NCBI GenBank assembly: GCA_008632985.1
Contig: QPGO01000005.1
Span: 434,001 to 498,000 of the forward strand
From: Psammoneis japonica
Taxonomy: Eukaryota
Direction of reading: 5' to 3'
DNA length: 64,000 nucleotides
This document shows, piece after piece, positions 22,663 through 34,989 of this stretch. The notes under the pieces are model-generated. The model worked only from the letters and a program-made list of their open reading frames with translations. It was not told the DNA's origin and did no database searches. How positions within the stretch are numbered: position 1 is the stretch's first letter; each line of letters opens with the position of its first letter. Made by a program: the position numbers and the translations under genes.

Positions 22663-23869
22663 GCAACACCAATGCTCAATCCCGCTCCATCCTCTCTTGC
22701 CACCCTCATTAAAACACACCCACTCCGCAACCTCTCCCACACCCTGTGCCATGCCCACTTTCAATGCCAACCACAAGAGCCACAACAAAAAGGCCCTCCA
22801 CACATCACCCATGCACTCCTGTCTCTCCTCTCTCCACTTGTGAGCTGCCCTCTCCACTCCCTTGCTCGCTCCCTCCCCCAACAACACCTGCCTTTGGCAC
22901 AGTTCCACCTCATGCTGCAATGCAAGCTGTGACTCCCCATCTCTCCAGAACACCTTGAACCCATCTCTTGCCCTTCTTGCAATGGCACCGCTGATCCCTG
23001 CGGAGACCATGCCTTCTGCTGCAGATCCCTCAGACACAAGACCACCATGTCCAACACCATCCAAGATGCTCTCTTTGCCACATTCCAGACTCCAGCTCCC
23101 CTGTCCGGCATCTGCACTGACTCCTCTGCCGTTCACCATGAACCCACCAACCTTGCACCCCACTCACCCCTCAAGTGCCCAGCCGACATTGGCACCCAAC
23201 TCAGCCCAGCTGCCTGCCTCTGCTGCTTCCCCCCTCAACCACCACTGCCCTGCAATCAATGTTGCTGTCCCCAAACTTCTTCCATTGCCTGCCCCCACCC
23301 TCAACCCTTGTGCCAAGGCACACCACATGAGCACCAAACAGAAGTTCAACAGAACACATGAAACCCAACATGACACAACCCTTTCATCTGCCCTCAACAA
23401 CGCCAGCATTTGCATCATCCCTTTCACCATCGACCACTTTGGAGCCCCCGGATGCTTTGCACACCACCTCCTCTTTGGCGCCGATCAACAACATCCCATT
23501 CCCACCACAACAGCACCTCCTTGGAACACCAAATCCTCCTTCCAACATCCGGCCGCCCATGCAACACACCTGTGCACAACAGTCCCCATCAGCCATCCTC
23601 CTCACCACCACTGCCAATTGGAAAACACATCCACTGCCTGCTTCAGCTCAACCCACCACACCTCAACTCCAACACAATGGGGCCCACAAAGCCTCAGCTT
23701 TGTGACAACCAAATGGCTCACAGACCAACTCACCTGTCACTCCACCAAACTGTGGTTCCAGCTTGCTGACCCCAACCCCAATCCCATCCCTTGCCCCCTG
23801 CATGACTCAGAGTTCCACCCCTGCTCTGCATCTGTCCCTCCTCCCCATGCCACTGGGTGACATCACAAG

Positions 23870-26650
23870 TGAACTCCTCATGCACGCACACCAGGCAGTT
23901 TCCCTGACCAACAAAAAAGTCACAAAAGAAGATTTGCATTGGTTTCATTTGGTGGGTCTGCTTTGACCTGCCTCAACGACGCAATGCTTGCATGACAAAC
24001 TTGCTCTCTCTCTGGAGAGAGAATGCAGCATCAGCACTGATGTTTCCATTGTGGGCTCTTTGCACCCAAGCTTTGATCGATGGAGATGTCATGCCTCCAG
24101 CATGCGTTCCCTTTGAGCATCAGTTTCAGCTTGGATCCAATTCGGAGGAGGGCACCTCTGAGCCATGATGACTGTTTGTGGTGGTCTTTCTTTGACCATG
24201 ACCGGTCAAACTTTGGCTCTTCATTCTCTCACTTTTCCAGCTTTGTTGGAACAGGAACACTGATCACTGTGACTGGATCACACTGCAGCTTGGAAAAAAG
24301 TGTGCCCTTTTTCCTTTTTGCTCTCCTCTCCCCCATCATGTTGGATCTCTTTGCCTCCGGTGTTGATGATGATGCATTCATCAACTTGGCCCATTGGCTG
24401 GAATCTGATGTGGTTTCATTGCTGCTCTCATCCAGTTCTCCTTTGTCATCCTCTTGCCAGGCTTGCCCTCCATGGGCAGAGCTTGAGGGGGGTCAGGAGG
24501 GGTTAAATCTGAGTGCGTGTCTGGCTCAAATGTTGGATCGGGTCTCAGCGGTCATGGTCATTGCATCAGGGGCCCAAATCCATGAATCCTCCCACCGTCA
24601 AATGACCAGACCCCAGTCTGCCCCAACATGTTTGAGCACAAACACACGAGCCCATTTGTGATGCAATCAGTCAGATTCATCATGAGTGCACCCATTTGCG
24701 GTGAATGGATGTGATTGGAAAATAAACAAATGTCCGTGTTTGTCAACAAATGCCTGAGTTTGTAAATCAAGATCTTGTCAACCCAATCAGAATGGCAAAA
24801 TTCAACAAGTTTGCACCCACACAAAATGTTCAATTTGACAGCAGTCTAAAGTGCAGCTTCTGCAATGGAGTGCTGCCATGGAATCCTCAAGTTGAACAAC
24901 AACAAAAATTCTGCTGATGGGTTTTTATGTGCCAAACCACCTTTGTCAACTCCAGTTTGCAGATCTTGGACCAGCTCACCATGTGGTCTTTGTTGCCCAA
25001 ATCATCAAGTCCTTCCCTTGCTTGCTTTCCATGGCTGGCTGAAATTGTTCTGCACAAATCTTCCCATCAACCAAGTCATTCACTCGTGATGTTGCATTTG
25101 AAGTCCATGACCAGCTCCTCAAAGAACTTGTTGGCTCTTGGCAACCATCCTTTTGCTCTTCCTTGGCACCCTGCATCATCTCTGCCAGGCTCAAGTTGCT
25201 TGGAACAAAGCATTTGAGTTGTCTTGCTCATTTTCTCTTCTTTGTGATGGCCTCCTTTTCCATGAGCACCTTGTCAACAATGCTCTCAAGCTCATTTGTA
25301 ACACATCTGTCCAAGCTGAGTCATCAGAAATGGCAACGCTGCTGGCATCAGCTTTGCATCTTGCTCAACATCAATTCCCCAACAAAACTTACAGTGAAGC
25401 TTGTCTTTGTGCAGCATGTCTGTTTTGTGCAATTGTTTTGTGCCTGGCATGAGTGCGGCACTCAGAAAAACCTCTTCTTTGACACGATCTCTCACCTCAA
25501 TGATGTCTCTGCCAGCCTTTTGATCATTGGCCATCTGCTCACTCAGACTGGTCTGTCTCTGAGGCACAGTTGCAATGTTTTGCTCATTGCTTGTTGTGTT
25601 GTGTGTTTGCACTTGCTGTGGCCGTGCTGCTTTGCATGTGGTTGCAAGCTAGCCCACCCTTCTTCCTTGTGTTTGCTCTTGACACGAAAAAAGAAGCACA
25701 GATTCAAAATTGCACCCCCAAGTTTCAAAAATGTTTCAATTGTTTGTGACCAATGTGTGAATGATCACACAAACAGAAGTGCAGGTGGCCTCTTTCTGTG
25801 CATGGTCCACAAAGAGAGTTGCTGCCAGAGGCCAGAGGCAACTCTGAGTTCCCTGCACGGCACTGTGGTTGGTCAGAAAAAGCGGCCACTTCTGTGTCAC
25901 CAGCAGAGTTTTCAGAATCACTGAAAGAGGGGCCTGGTGCTTGTTCCTCTGCACTGCCATTCTTGAACTGAGCCAAAAGGGAGCTGTTGTGGCACTCCGG
26001 AGATTTCTCCTGCTTCCGGTGCGCGCAAATCCCCATGCAAATCTCACCCTGTTGACGATTTTCAAAAAAAACGAAGAAGTCAAAAGTTGACAGGGGACAT
26101 GCACTCGACTCAAATCATTGCAACCTGGGGAGTCAATGATTCAAGGTCAAGGCAGGAGATGCAACGATTTTCCTTTGAGGACCCTGGCTGCTGCACGGGG
26201 AAGCAGGGTCTGGTGTTTTCTTGTGGTTTGTTGGAGGTTGTCATTGTCCTTTGGGTTGTGACCAATGCAGCAAAATGTGCGGGAGGTCACAATCTAAGAG
26301 GTTGCTCCTCGAAATTGAAAATGTGCCTGAGGCAGTCTTGCATTCTTCTTTCATTGATGAGCACCTGTGCTGCACACAGGACCCTGCGGAGGGCAGGTTT
26401 GGGATCACCCAGCCCCCCCTTGTGCGGAAGAGAGCTTGCGCTGAAAGCTCTTCTCTTGTTTTCTGTGAGACTCCCAAGGAGTGCTTCGGTGTTGAGTTGC
26501 TTCTTGGTGGTTCTTGGACAGGCTCCCTGGAATCGGACTCAACAGTGGCGACGTCTGGAGTGCACTCCCGAATCAAGGACACATTGCATGGAGTGAGCTC
26601 GAATGGACGGTCGGCTTCCCGAGTCCGTGCTCAGTCAGTTTGGTGGAATT
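23870..26650. repeat. Degenerate TpA-depleted repeat of unassigned class
   Basis: Near absence of TpA, dense spurious Cys/His-rich ORFs in all frames, and an abrupt return to normal composition at ~26650. Confidence 0.55.
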
Positions 26651-26796
26651 CACAACTAAAATGACGAAATTTTAAAAATCGACAAAAAAATACGAAAAGC
26701 TCAGAGGAGGCGGACAGCGCAATGGCGCTGTGGCGTGTGGCGCTTCCAGCTTTGTTCTCGGCTCGCGTCTTCATTGTCTAAAACTGCGGCGCAACA

Positions 26797-27792
26797 ATGG
26801 CATCTTCCTACTCGTGTGACGTTGCGCAGGCAATTCAAAGCTGTCGGAAACAGCTCGGATTGCAGGTAGGTGGTATCGTTCATTTTGAACACATTAATCT
26901 GGTTGTTGGAAACAAGGAGATAGCAGAAACGTTCTACTTTGATGGCTTGGGTTTGACCCTCGATCCGAGCAAGGCTCACAGTACAACAACCTGGGCCAAT
27001 GCATCGAGAAGACAGCAGTTCCATCTCGTGCTGGCATCAAAAGAAGAACACTGCCAGATTATCAACGGGAGTATTGGTCTTGTTGTACCCAGCCTGGACG
27101 TTGTCAGACAACGCCTCGATTCAATCTCTGAAAAGATGAAGGGGACAGCTTTTCGAGTAAAGGAGATTTCAGGTCCCGTTGGCATGCTGGAGGTCGTTTG
27201 TCCTTGGGGAAACATATTTCAGGTCTTTGATGAGAAACATCCGACCTTCGAACAACCCAAGCAGCCAGCACCTGATCTATCAAAGTTCGAGAAGGCCCAT
27301 CTCAACGCGTTTAACACTCTTGGTCCTCCGGGAATTCGTTACGTCAATTTCAACGTGAATGAGGGTCAGTCTACGAGAATTGCGAACTTTTACGAGAAAT
27401 CGTTTGGCTGCCCGACAGTGTCAACTAATGTAGGAGAAGCTGCTGCAGCTGCTGTCGCCGTGGGTGCTGATGGTGCCATTTTCCTTTTTACAGAGCTTGG
27501 CAACGACCGGGATCAGATTGCAGCTCAAGATGGGGTCCATGTTTGTGTGCATGTCACCGCTTTTGAGCAATTCTTTCAAGCTGTTCCCACGGTGTTCACA
27601 AACCCAAGATTCCGGTATCTCGATAGATGTGATACGCTTGAACAGGCAATAGGCTCTCGTCAGTTCAGGTTCAAAGATATTGTTGACGAAGAATCTGGGG
27701 AGATGCTGTATACTCTAGAGCACGAGACACGCAGTATACAACATTGCAGCTTCATGTCTCCACTTGTGTACAATACGCCAAATGACGAATGA
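26797..27792 (+). CDS. VOC/glyoxalase-bleomycin-resistance fold protein
   Basis: Single ORF of 331 aa with HFEHINLVV...ETFYFDGLGL.LDP, W.N...QQFHL, VVCPWGNIF and HVCVHV; normal dinucleotide content. Confidence 0.7.
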   Translation: MASSYSCDVAQAIQSCRKQLGLQVGGIVHFEHINLVVGNKEIAETFYFDGLGLTLDPSKAHSTTTWANASRRQQFHLVLASKEEHCQIINGSIGLVVPSLDVVRQRLDSISEKMKGTAFRVKEISGPVGMLEVVCPWGNIFQVFDEKHPTFEQPKQPAPDLSKFEKAHLNAFNTLGPPGIRYVNFNVNEGQSTRIANFYEKSFGCPTVSTNVGEAAAAAVAVGADGAIFLFTELGNDRDQIAAQDGVHVCVHVTAFEQFFQAVPTVFTNPRFRYLDRCDTLEQAIGSRQFRFKDIVDEESGEMLYTLEHETRSIQHCSFMSPLVYNTPNDE

Positions 27793-27830
27793 AGCAATCG
27801 AGTAGAACATCATACTGGCTTTTAGTAACC

Positions 27831-29615
27831 TCAAATTTCACCCAGGTCATTGGTGCTAGGCGCATCCTCCGGAAACAGCTCATCCTTTTCAAACCATAAA
27901 TCACCGATTCCCGGCGTTCGAACAAGAACTTCATTAAAATTGCCATTCTCCTGTACAGGCTCAAAATCAACTTCGCCGCCCACATGCGGGTGGTTCACGA
28001 GCAACCACTTGATCTGCAACAAATGACTCGCCGTACTGCTTCGTCGAATCTGGTATAGGCCTCTGAAAGGATCGTTTAAATCCTTGGCAAAGTAATAAAA
28101 TAGAATATATATTCCACAAAGGAATCCAAACAGCAAACTGCTCTCATTCGATGGTACTTTCGTTGCAGCGTCAACAGTTGGGAGCACAGTGATGCAATAT
28201 CCAAACAGAATCAGAACCGTGAGAACTGTCAAGATGGAAAAGTGTGTAGGCGGAAGAGCCAACGCTTCATCACTCTGTACGACAAGTTCGCAAAAACATG
28301 AGCAAGTGCATGAGCTGGCAAGCTGCAACGACAGAAACTTAGACATGAGAAAAACGATACACGAACTCACAAGGCGACTTGCCCGGATTTTGGACAGATC
28401 CTTGAGGACGTCTCGACAACTGTTTATCGCCGCCTAAGACCAAGAAGAGACGAGTCAGTTGAAATGTACATATACTTCAGAGTGACTACATCCGGAGCAC
28501 GAAGAAGAATTCACACTCACCCCATGGATGCCTAAATCACCTTCGTTTTCCAAAAGCTCTTCTTCTCTATTTTCCACCAGTTCCATCATGCGTCCATACG
28601 GATCGGAATACATTAAAAGCATTAGCTCTTGTCCACGGCTTCCACGCACCAAGGTTCGGATTTGATCCGCCACACATTGACCAGCTTCGATAGCTGTCGC
28701 TTGATCCTTTCGAAACAAGTGGAGCAAATTCCGGGTCATAAAGCCCAAGAGGGAGCATTCAATAGCCACATTATCTTGAATGTTTTGCTGGCGGTTATAC
28801 AAGATCGATAAGGTGAGTGAAACAAAGGTACCGTACAAAATGGAAACTCCCGGACCAAACTTGCTTGTAATCTCGTCCAGTTGATCAGGCGCCATGGTGA
28901 CGTAGCTATCCAAGAAAGAAATCAAATAGGGAAAGAACAAGTAGGGGATAACAAAGGAACAAACCCTAGCGGGCGTTGATATCCAAATGGTATCATCGAC
29001 ATTGGGAAGAGGTGGACTCAGGTCTTGTAGGCCGGGAGGTTCATACAATTGACCAGCTTCGAACAGTTCCTTCTTGGCGTACGTGCGATCCATCAAAAGT
29101 CTTGTCTTACGAGCTGATTTCTCAATCTTGAGAACGTCAGATTCAAAGGGCGATGGAAATGGCGATGTAAACCCGTCCGAAAAGAAACTAAAGGGCGATG
29201 CAGTCTTTCTGGAATCAGGTGCGGAAGAGTCTATCGGGGACTCTTCTTGGCGGTTCCTATCTAATGTGTCATCGGGTTTTGATTTCTTGACTTTGAAAGT
29301 CTTCTTCATACGTTTCCGCTTGTTAAACGGCTTCACTTTGAAAGATTCTTTTACCGAAAAAGCAAAAGATGGGTAATCCACACACCTTTCCTTTCTACGT
29401 CTCCTCCTCTCTGACACTGAAAGCTCATCTTTCTCATTTTCTCCCTCCTTTCTCGTTTCACCGTTGGTGTTAGGTGTATGAGAAAAGAACAATGGACGCA
29501 CCGGATTCGAGCTACTATGTCTTGAAATAAAAGTCGTACAAGTCGAATGAAAGCCATCCGCACTCTGTATCGACAAAGAAAAGACCGCAGTGAGAATTGA
29601 TATTTTGTGCTCCAT
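27831..29615 (-). CDS. DUF4239 / bestrophin-like membrane protein, probably plastid-targeted
   Basis: ATG 29615 (MEHKISILTAVFSLSIQSADGF). Exons 29615-28521, 28433-28371, 28274-27831. TM segments GVSILYGTFVSLTLSILYNRQ..I...V..E...L, LPPTHFSILTVL and DLNDPFRGLYQI. Confidence 0.65.
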
Positions 29616-29987
29616 CCTAAATCGGCTTGTTCTGTGAGGTCTTTTGCTCTCACTGACGAATGACGGTTGACTCGATTCTGACTGATACATATTTTTTAGC
29701 AAGTTTTTCAACAACAGCAGCATTTGACTCCATTAAAATACTGTACAGTGACGAAAACGGAAGCATCTAGAGAAGTACCCTATCGCTTTCGCCATGGTGC
29801 GATCCTTCCAGCAGACTGCCAGAACGAAGATTTATTTACAGTATTTCTGTCGTGAATGAACACGTCACACTCGCGCGCGCATAAATCAGATCGCGACAGA
29901 AAACTAATATCCGGGTTACATCTTCGACTCTGCGGCAGGCGACGCACACGCACTTTTTTGACTTAAAACTTCAAACAGAAAGGCAGA

Positions 29988-32900
29988 ATGACGATGTCGT
30001 CAGCTCCTTCCGGCGGCGCAGAAGCTGCCGAAAGTAGTGCATCTGAAGATATAATAGCGGTATGCAACAAAACTCTAACTGAGTCATCTTTGTACCCGTC
30101 TGTTTATGACTTTGTATGCGGGAAGACCTGTGAGAACAAAAATGACGTCCAAGAACAATCGGGCATAAGCGAATCGTCATTGCTGCATAAGGAGGCAGAT
30201 TCTGCCAGTTCAGATTCGTACGGTGATGGTGTGGGCGAAGAGGAAGAAGATGATAAATCGAAGAAGAAGCATGATTCTCTCATGGGAGTTGTTTCACCGC
30301 TGGATTTCGCTATGCAGCAGAGTGCTCTTGAGAAAGAACGAAGACTCCAGGAACGACAAGCGAAGCAAGCCCTTGGCACACCACGGAGAGAGTCAAGCTA
30401 TGTGCGAACTGATTCTTCAGACTCGAATGAAAATATTAGTGGAATCGTGTCACCCATGGACTTTGCGATGCAACAACGAGCGAAAGAAAAGGAACGACGA
30501 GAACATGAACGCCAAACCAAAGCGGCTCTGGGAACGCCTCTCAAGCCTAAACAGTATGGCGCAGCGCTTATATCAAAAAGTAGTAGCGAGGAGAATCTGA
30601 GTGGGATCATTTCTCCAATGGATTTCGCAATGCAGCAACGTGCTAAAGAAAAAGAGCGAAGAGAACATGAACGGCAAACTAGAGAAGCACTGGGAAAACC
30701 ACAACGATCGCCTACAAACTACTCACAGAAGACGTTAGACGACGAGAATGCCAGTGGTATTATATCGCCCATGGACTTTGCTATGCAGCAACGTGCTAAG
30801 GAAAAAGAGCGAAGAGAGCATGAACGGCAAACAAAAGAAGCCCTGGGAAAGCCGCAACGATCGCCTACAAACTACTCACAGAAGACGATAGACGACGAGA
30901 ATGCTAGTGGAATTGTATCACCAATGGACTTTGCTATGCAACAACGTGTACTTGATAATGAACGTAAAGCAAAAGAGCGTCAAACGCGAGAAGCACTGTC
31001 CACTCCTCACCAGAATAAGGAATTTGTCTTCGAGGCGAGCGATCAAAAGGCTTTGGAACTGAAAAGACAAAAAGACGAAGAACTAAGAAAGAAACAAGAA
31101 GCGCAAAATCTCGTCCGCAATTACAAGAACACCTCTCCCGAGAATGCCCAAGTCCGTATGGCTGCAGAATTAAAACGACAGAAAGAAGAGGAATTGAAGA
31201 AGAAACAAGAAGCTCAAGACCTGGTCCGGAATCATAAAAATACAGTGCCGGAGAATGCCCAGGCACGCATGGCTGCAGAGTTAAAGCGGCAAAAGGATGA
31301 AGAATTGAGAAAGAAACGAGAGGCACAAGACTTGGTCCGGAATCATAAGAACACAGTTCCCGAAAATGCCCAGGCACGCTTAGCCGCCGAGCTTAAGCGG
31401 CAAAAAGATGACGAAAAAAGAAAGAAAGCAGAAGCGCAAGATCTTGTCCGCAGCCATAAGAACGCAGTCCCGGAGAATGCCCAAGCACGCATGGCTGCAG
31501 AGCTCAAGCGACAAAAGGATGACGAAAAGAGAAAGAAACAAGAAGCGCAAGATCTTGTCCGCAGCCATAAGAACACCGTTCCAGAGAATGCTCAAGCCCG
31601 CATGGCAGCAGAGCTCAAGCGACAAAAGGACAACGAAATACAAAAGAAAAGAGAAGCTGAAGAAATGGCAAGGAGCTATAAGCACGCCGATACCGATTCT
31701 GCTGAGTCGAGAACAGCTGCGGAACTACAGCTCTTGAAAGATGAACAACTGAAAAAGAAAAGAGAGGCTGAAAACTTGGCATCGAGCTATCGTGTTGCGG
31801 TGGACGCAAGCGCGGGAGATGCGCAGTCTCGAATGGCAGCGGAGCTCAAGTCGTTGGAAGAGGAACAGAAAAAGAAGAAACGAGAAGCAGAAGAGAGCAT
31901 GCACAGTTTCTCAAACGACAAGCTGGATGATATTCAGTCCCGTACGGCGGCGGAGCTGAAAGCGTTAGAGGATGAACGGAAGAGAAAGAAAGAGGAAGCC
32001 GAAACTGTGGATCAGAGTCAGGCAAGCAATGATCTCGAAAGTATTCAATCGCGTACAGCTGCGGAGCTCTTAGCGTTGGAAGAAGAACGAAAGCGCAAGA
32101 AAAAGGCTGACGAGACGATTCCCGAAGACAGAAGGAGCTCATTGGAAAGCATAAAGTCTCGTACATCGGCCGAGCTTGAAGCGTTGAAGGCGACAAAGCG
32201 AGATACAAGGAAAGAATCAGAAGCATTGTTTGCCGAGACGCCTAACACGTCTTTGCGGAACATTCAGTCCAGGACGTCTGCTGAGCTTGAGTCGCTAAAA
32301 GGAAAGAGGCAACAGGCAAAGGAAATGTTCTCAGGCCAACAGAGTAGCTCGTTGCGCGACATTCAATCTCGCACGGCTGCAGAACTGGAGTCTCTACAGG
32401 GAAAAAAGAAAGAGGCTGAAGCTCTGTTTTCGGGCAATACCAACAGCTCCTTGCGTAACCTACAGTCTCGCACTGCTAGCGAGCTCGCCGCAGTTCAAGA
32501 AGAGCAACGGCGAAGAAAGCTCGAGGCCAGTGACGAGGGCAAAAACGCATCGACTAAGCTCGCATCGATCCAATCAAAGACGGCGTCCGAGCTTCAAGCT
32601 TTGTCAAACAAAGGCAAGAACATGGAAACGCTCACCAAAGAGTTTGACAGTGGTTTCAAGAGTGCCGGCCTTGAGAGCATTCAATCTCGCACAAATGCCG
32701 AACTTCAGGCGTTGGATGCCGAGCAGAAGAAGAAAAAGGCAGAAGGAGGAGATGTGAGTTTCAATGATAAGAGGACCGAGCTAGAAAATATCCAGGATCG
32801 AACAGCCGCTGAATTGAAGCTCCTACAGGAATCGCAGAAAAGAAAGAAGAAGGAAGTCGAGGAATTCAACAGAAGTTATACCAATAATCTTGACGACATT

Positions 32901-33290
32901 CAGTCACGCACAGCAGCAGAGTTAAAAGCGCTGGAAACTGAACAGAAGAGGAAAAAGAAGGAAGCGGAGGAAATAGCGACATACTACGGCGATTCTAGCG
33001 AGTCTCCTGGAGACATTCAGTCCGTCCTGGCAGCGGAACTCAAGGAGTTGGAAGATGCTCAGAAGCAAAAGAAAAAGGAAGCTGAGGCGTTCAACCACAG
33101 CTTTGTATCAAGTGACGTAGACGATCCGTTCAACAAGACAAGAGAATTAAAAAAGCTAGATCAAGAACAGAAACAGAAGAACGAGGACTTCAAGAAAATA
33201 GCGCAAGGAATACCAGGGTACTCAACGCCGGACAGCCAACGTTACAAATGGGCACGCAAGAAAAAGAAGGAACAGACGACTGAAGAATGA
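29988..33290 (+). CDS. 1100-aa charged, repeat-built helical/coiled-coil protein of unknown function
   Basis: Intronless ORF with 5x G.xSP(M/L)DFAMQQ, 6x 37-aa ELKRQK.. units (111-nt period) and ~13x IQSRTAAEL-type units. Confidence 0.85.
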   Translation: MTMSSAPSGGAEAAESSASEDIIAVCNKTLTESSLYPSVYDFVCGKTCENKNDVQEQSGISESSLLHKEADSASSDSYGDGVGEEEEDDKSKKKHDSLMGVVSPLDFAMQQSALEKERRLQERQAKQALGTPRRESSYVRTDSSDSNENISGIVSPMDFAMQQRAKEKERREHERQTKAALGTPLKPKQYGAALISKSSSEENLSGIISPMDFAMQQRAKEKERREHERQTREALGKPQRSPTNYSQKTLDDENASGIISPMDFAMQQRAKEKERREHERQTKEALGKPQRSPTNYSQKTIDDENASGIVSPMDFAMQQRVLDNERKAKERQTREALSTPHQNKEFVFEASDQKALELKRQKDEELRKKQEAQNLVRNYKNTSPENAQVRMAAELKRQKEEELKKKQEAQDLVRNHKNTVPENAQARMAAELKRQKDEELRKKREAQDLVRNHKNTVPENAQARLAAELKRQKDDEKRKKAEAQDLVRSHKNAVPENAQARMAAELKRQKDDEKRKKQEAQDLVRSHKNTVPENAQARMAAELKRQKDNEIQKKREAEEMARSYKHADTDSAESRTAAELQLLKDEQLKKKREAENLASSYRVAVDASAGDAQSRMAAELKSLEEEQKKKKREAEESMHSFSNDKLDDIQSRTAAELKALEDERKRKKEEAETVDQSQASNDLESIQSRTAAELLALEEERKRKKKADETIPEDRRSSLESIKSRTSAELEALKATKRDTRKESEALFAETPNTSLRNIQSRTSAELESLKGKRQQAKEMFSGQQSSSLRDIQSRTAAELESLQGKKKEAEALFSGNTNSSLRNLQSRTASELAAVQEEQRRRKLEASDEGKNASTKLASIQSKTASELQALSNKGKNMETLTKEFDSGFKSAGLESIQSRTNAELQALDAEQKKKKAEGGDVSFNDKRTELENIQDRTAAELKLLQESQKRKKKEVEEFNRSYTNNLDDIQSRTAAELKALETEQKRKKKEAEEIATYYGDSSESPGDIQSVLAAELKELEDAQKQKKKEAEAFNHSFVSSDVDDPFNKTRELKKLDQEQKQKNEDFKKIAQGIPGYSTPDSQRYKWARKKKKEQTTEE

Positions 33291-33402
33291 ACAACTCTTG
33301 AGAGTACTGCTGCTGATTTGAGGCATTCGGAACCGCTGGGAGTTGTGCACTGAACCCACCTTGTATAAAGTTTATCTATCGAGATTTATAGCTACTTCTA
33401 GT

Positions 33403-34587
33403 TTACAGAACTATTATTGTTTGTCCCAATTTGAAAGCCGCCTCCTTTCCGCCAGATTTCAGGCATTCCTTTGCCTTTTGTTCGCTTTCAGAAGGCGTCG
33501 TGAAGACTATTTGCTTGAGATCTTCATCTGTTCCTCCTGGCTTGACCATTTCCGTAATAACCGAGAAGAGTTCCGATACCAGCACTTCGGGCTCCGGATC
33601 TTTTGGATGAAGCTTCTTCCAGCTTTCAATTAATTCCGATTTCCTGAAATACAGCGGACTTTCCTTTTGACCGTTCGACTCTCTTTCAAAATCTTCAAAA
33701 TAAAACAAGGGAACCTTCCCCTCTGCAAGCTCCTTCTTTCCACTTTTGTCGAGTGCTAGAGCGTCTTCGATATCCGTCTGCAACCCATTGCGAACTCACG
33801 ATTAGAAAACAAACAACAGCAAAAAGATCCAAGTAATATTTCCTTCAACACATACCTCAGCCGGGGCAACTTGAAAGTAAGTTCGTCCTCGCGAAGATCC
33901 GGGTGTTTGCGACTTGATTGCCAGACTAACTGCAAAATCAAGCGGAACTGTAGAAATTCGTGCACCAACCCAAGGATTCGGTCCGACCTCTTCAAGCTCC
34001 TCTTTTGTGGACAAGGGTGGCTGTTTGGACTGGCGTCGTCGTAGGCGTAAATATTCCAAAGCTTCTCTTCGTCCCTTCTCCGCGCTCTCCAAGGCAACCT
34101 TCAAGATCCGACTTGCTTCTCCATATGTCGTAAAGAAGTATCCCGTTACTTTTGCATCTTCTCCCACGACAGCATATGGCACTCCAGCTTTATCCACGAT
34201 AACAAAGGTCGGAATTGAATGGAGACGATTTGCTACTGTTGCGGCGTCAACCATTCCTACCTCCTGTACTTCCTCAGCTGCCGAAGCCACTTCAACTTCA
34301 GTACGTCCAATCACGCCTCCAGTTCCCATTGATGCAAATAAAAAACCACTGCTGAGTCCCAATATATTTCTTCTTGATATTGATTTCGAGTCTTGGCTAT
34401 CAACCCCCTCGCAAACATTGCTCTTATTGCTCAGTTTCGACAGTCCGACACGGTGTCTGCCATTTCTACCTGAAGATCCCGAGAGACGTGTGAATCCTGA
34501 CTTCTGCTGAGGAGCCAGCAAAAACGACAAACCAGAAATTGATTCAGACAAGAATACGTAGATCCATAAACCTATGCAGAGCTTCAT
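33403..34587 (-). CDS. Tic22-like plastid import protein
   Basis: ATG 34587; exons 34587-33856 and 33777-33403. Motifs RLHSIPTFVIVDKAGVP, ISTVPLD, KVPLFY and PLYFRKSELIESW match the Tic22 family pattern; signal plus transit-like N-terminus. Confidence 0.75.
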
Positions 34588-34989
34588 TGCTTTGCTACTG
34601 ATGTTGCAGTCGCAACAACTGCACCCCCGGTGGACTGTTGCCTTTTTTAGCACGCGTTTTTGTTTTTGTCGGCGGCGGTCGGCGGTCGGCATCGGCAGTC
34701 GCGCAGTCGCGTGAGGGACTATAAAATATGGGCGATGGTGCTTCAAAGTCGAATTCGTATCGCGCACGCGCGATAATGAAGCAATCTGATTGGTCAATCA
34801 AGCGATTTGAGGCGTCGCTGTGGACCGCCGTACAAAATCTACGCGGTTCCTGGAAATTCTGAAGTGGGCGTGAGCGTGAGCGCTGGGTCTCAAGGTCGCT
34901 GTCACAATGGCGAAGAAGAAAGGTTGCTCTACAATCGTCAGAATCGCTCATTGTCTCTCCTCTTTGAAACCCAACCTGTGTATGGAACC

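Larger units (their letters stand above)
19750..23860 (+). mobile_element. Degenerate non-LTR retrotransposon with restriction-like endonuclease (CRE-like), interrupted by an LTR element
   Basis: C-rich + strand on both sides of the insert. 22920-23480 reads CPSCNGTADPCGDHAFCC (CCHC knuckle), KTTMSNTIQD, CPADI, AINVAVP and IIPFTIDHFG, the RLE C-terminal motif series, across frameshifts. Assigning 19750-20419 to the same element is inferred from strand composition only. Confidence 0.65.

Noticed and set aside
22408..26664. ORFs of 170-330 aa as real genes
   Set aside because: Same stop-codon-loss artefact; only fragments carry LINE motifs.
31050..31650. Regular 111-nt repeats as a CRISPR-like array
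   Set aside because: They are in-frame coding repeats with synonymous variation and no unique spacers, in a eukaryotic context.
33914..34510. 198-aa + strand ORF
   Set aside because: Antisense shadow of the Tic22-like gene.
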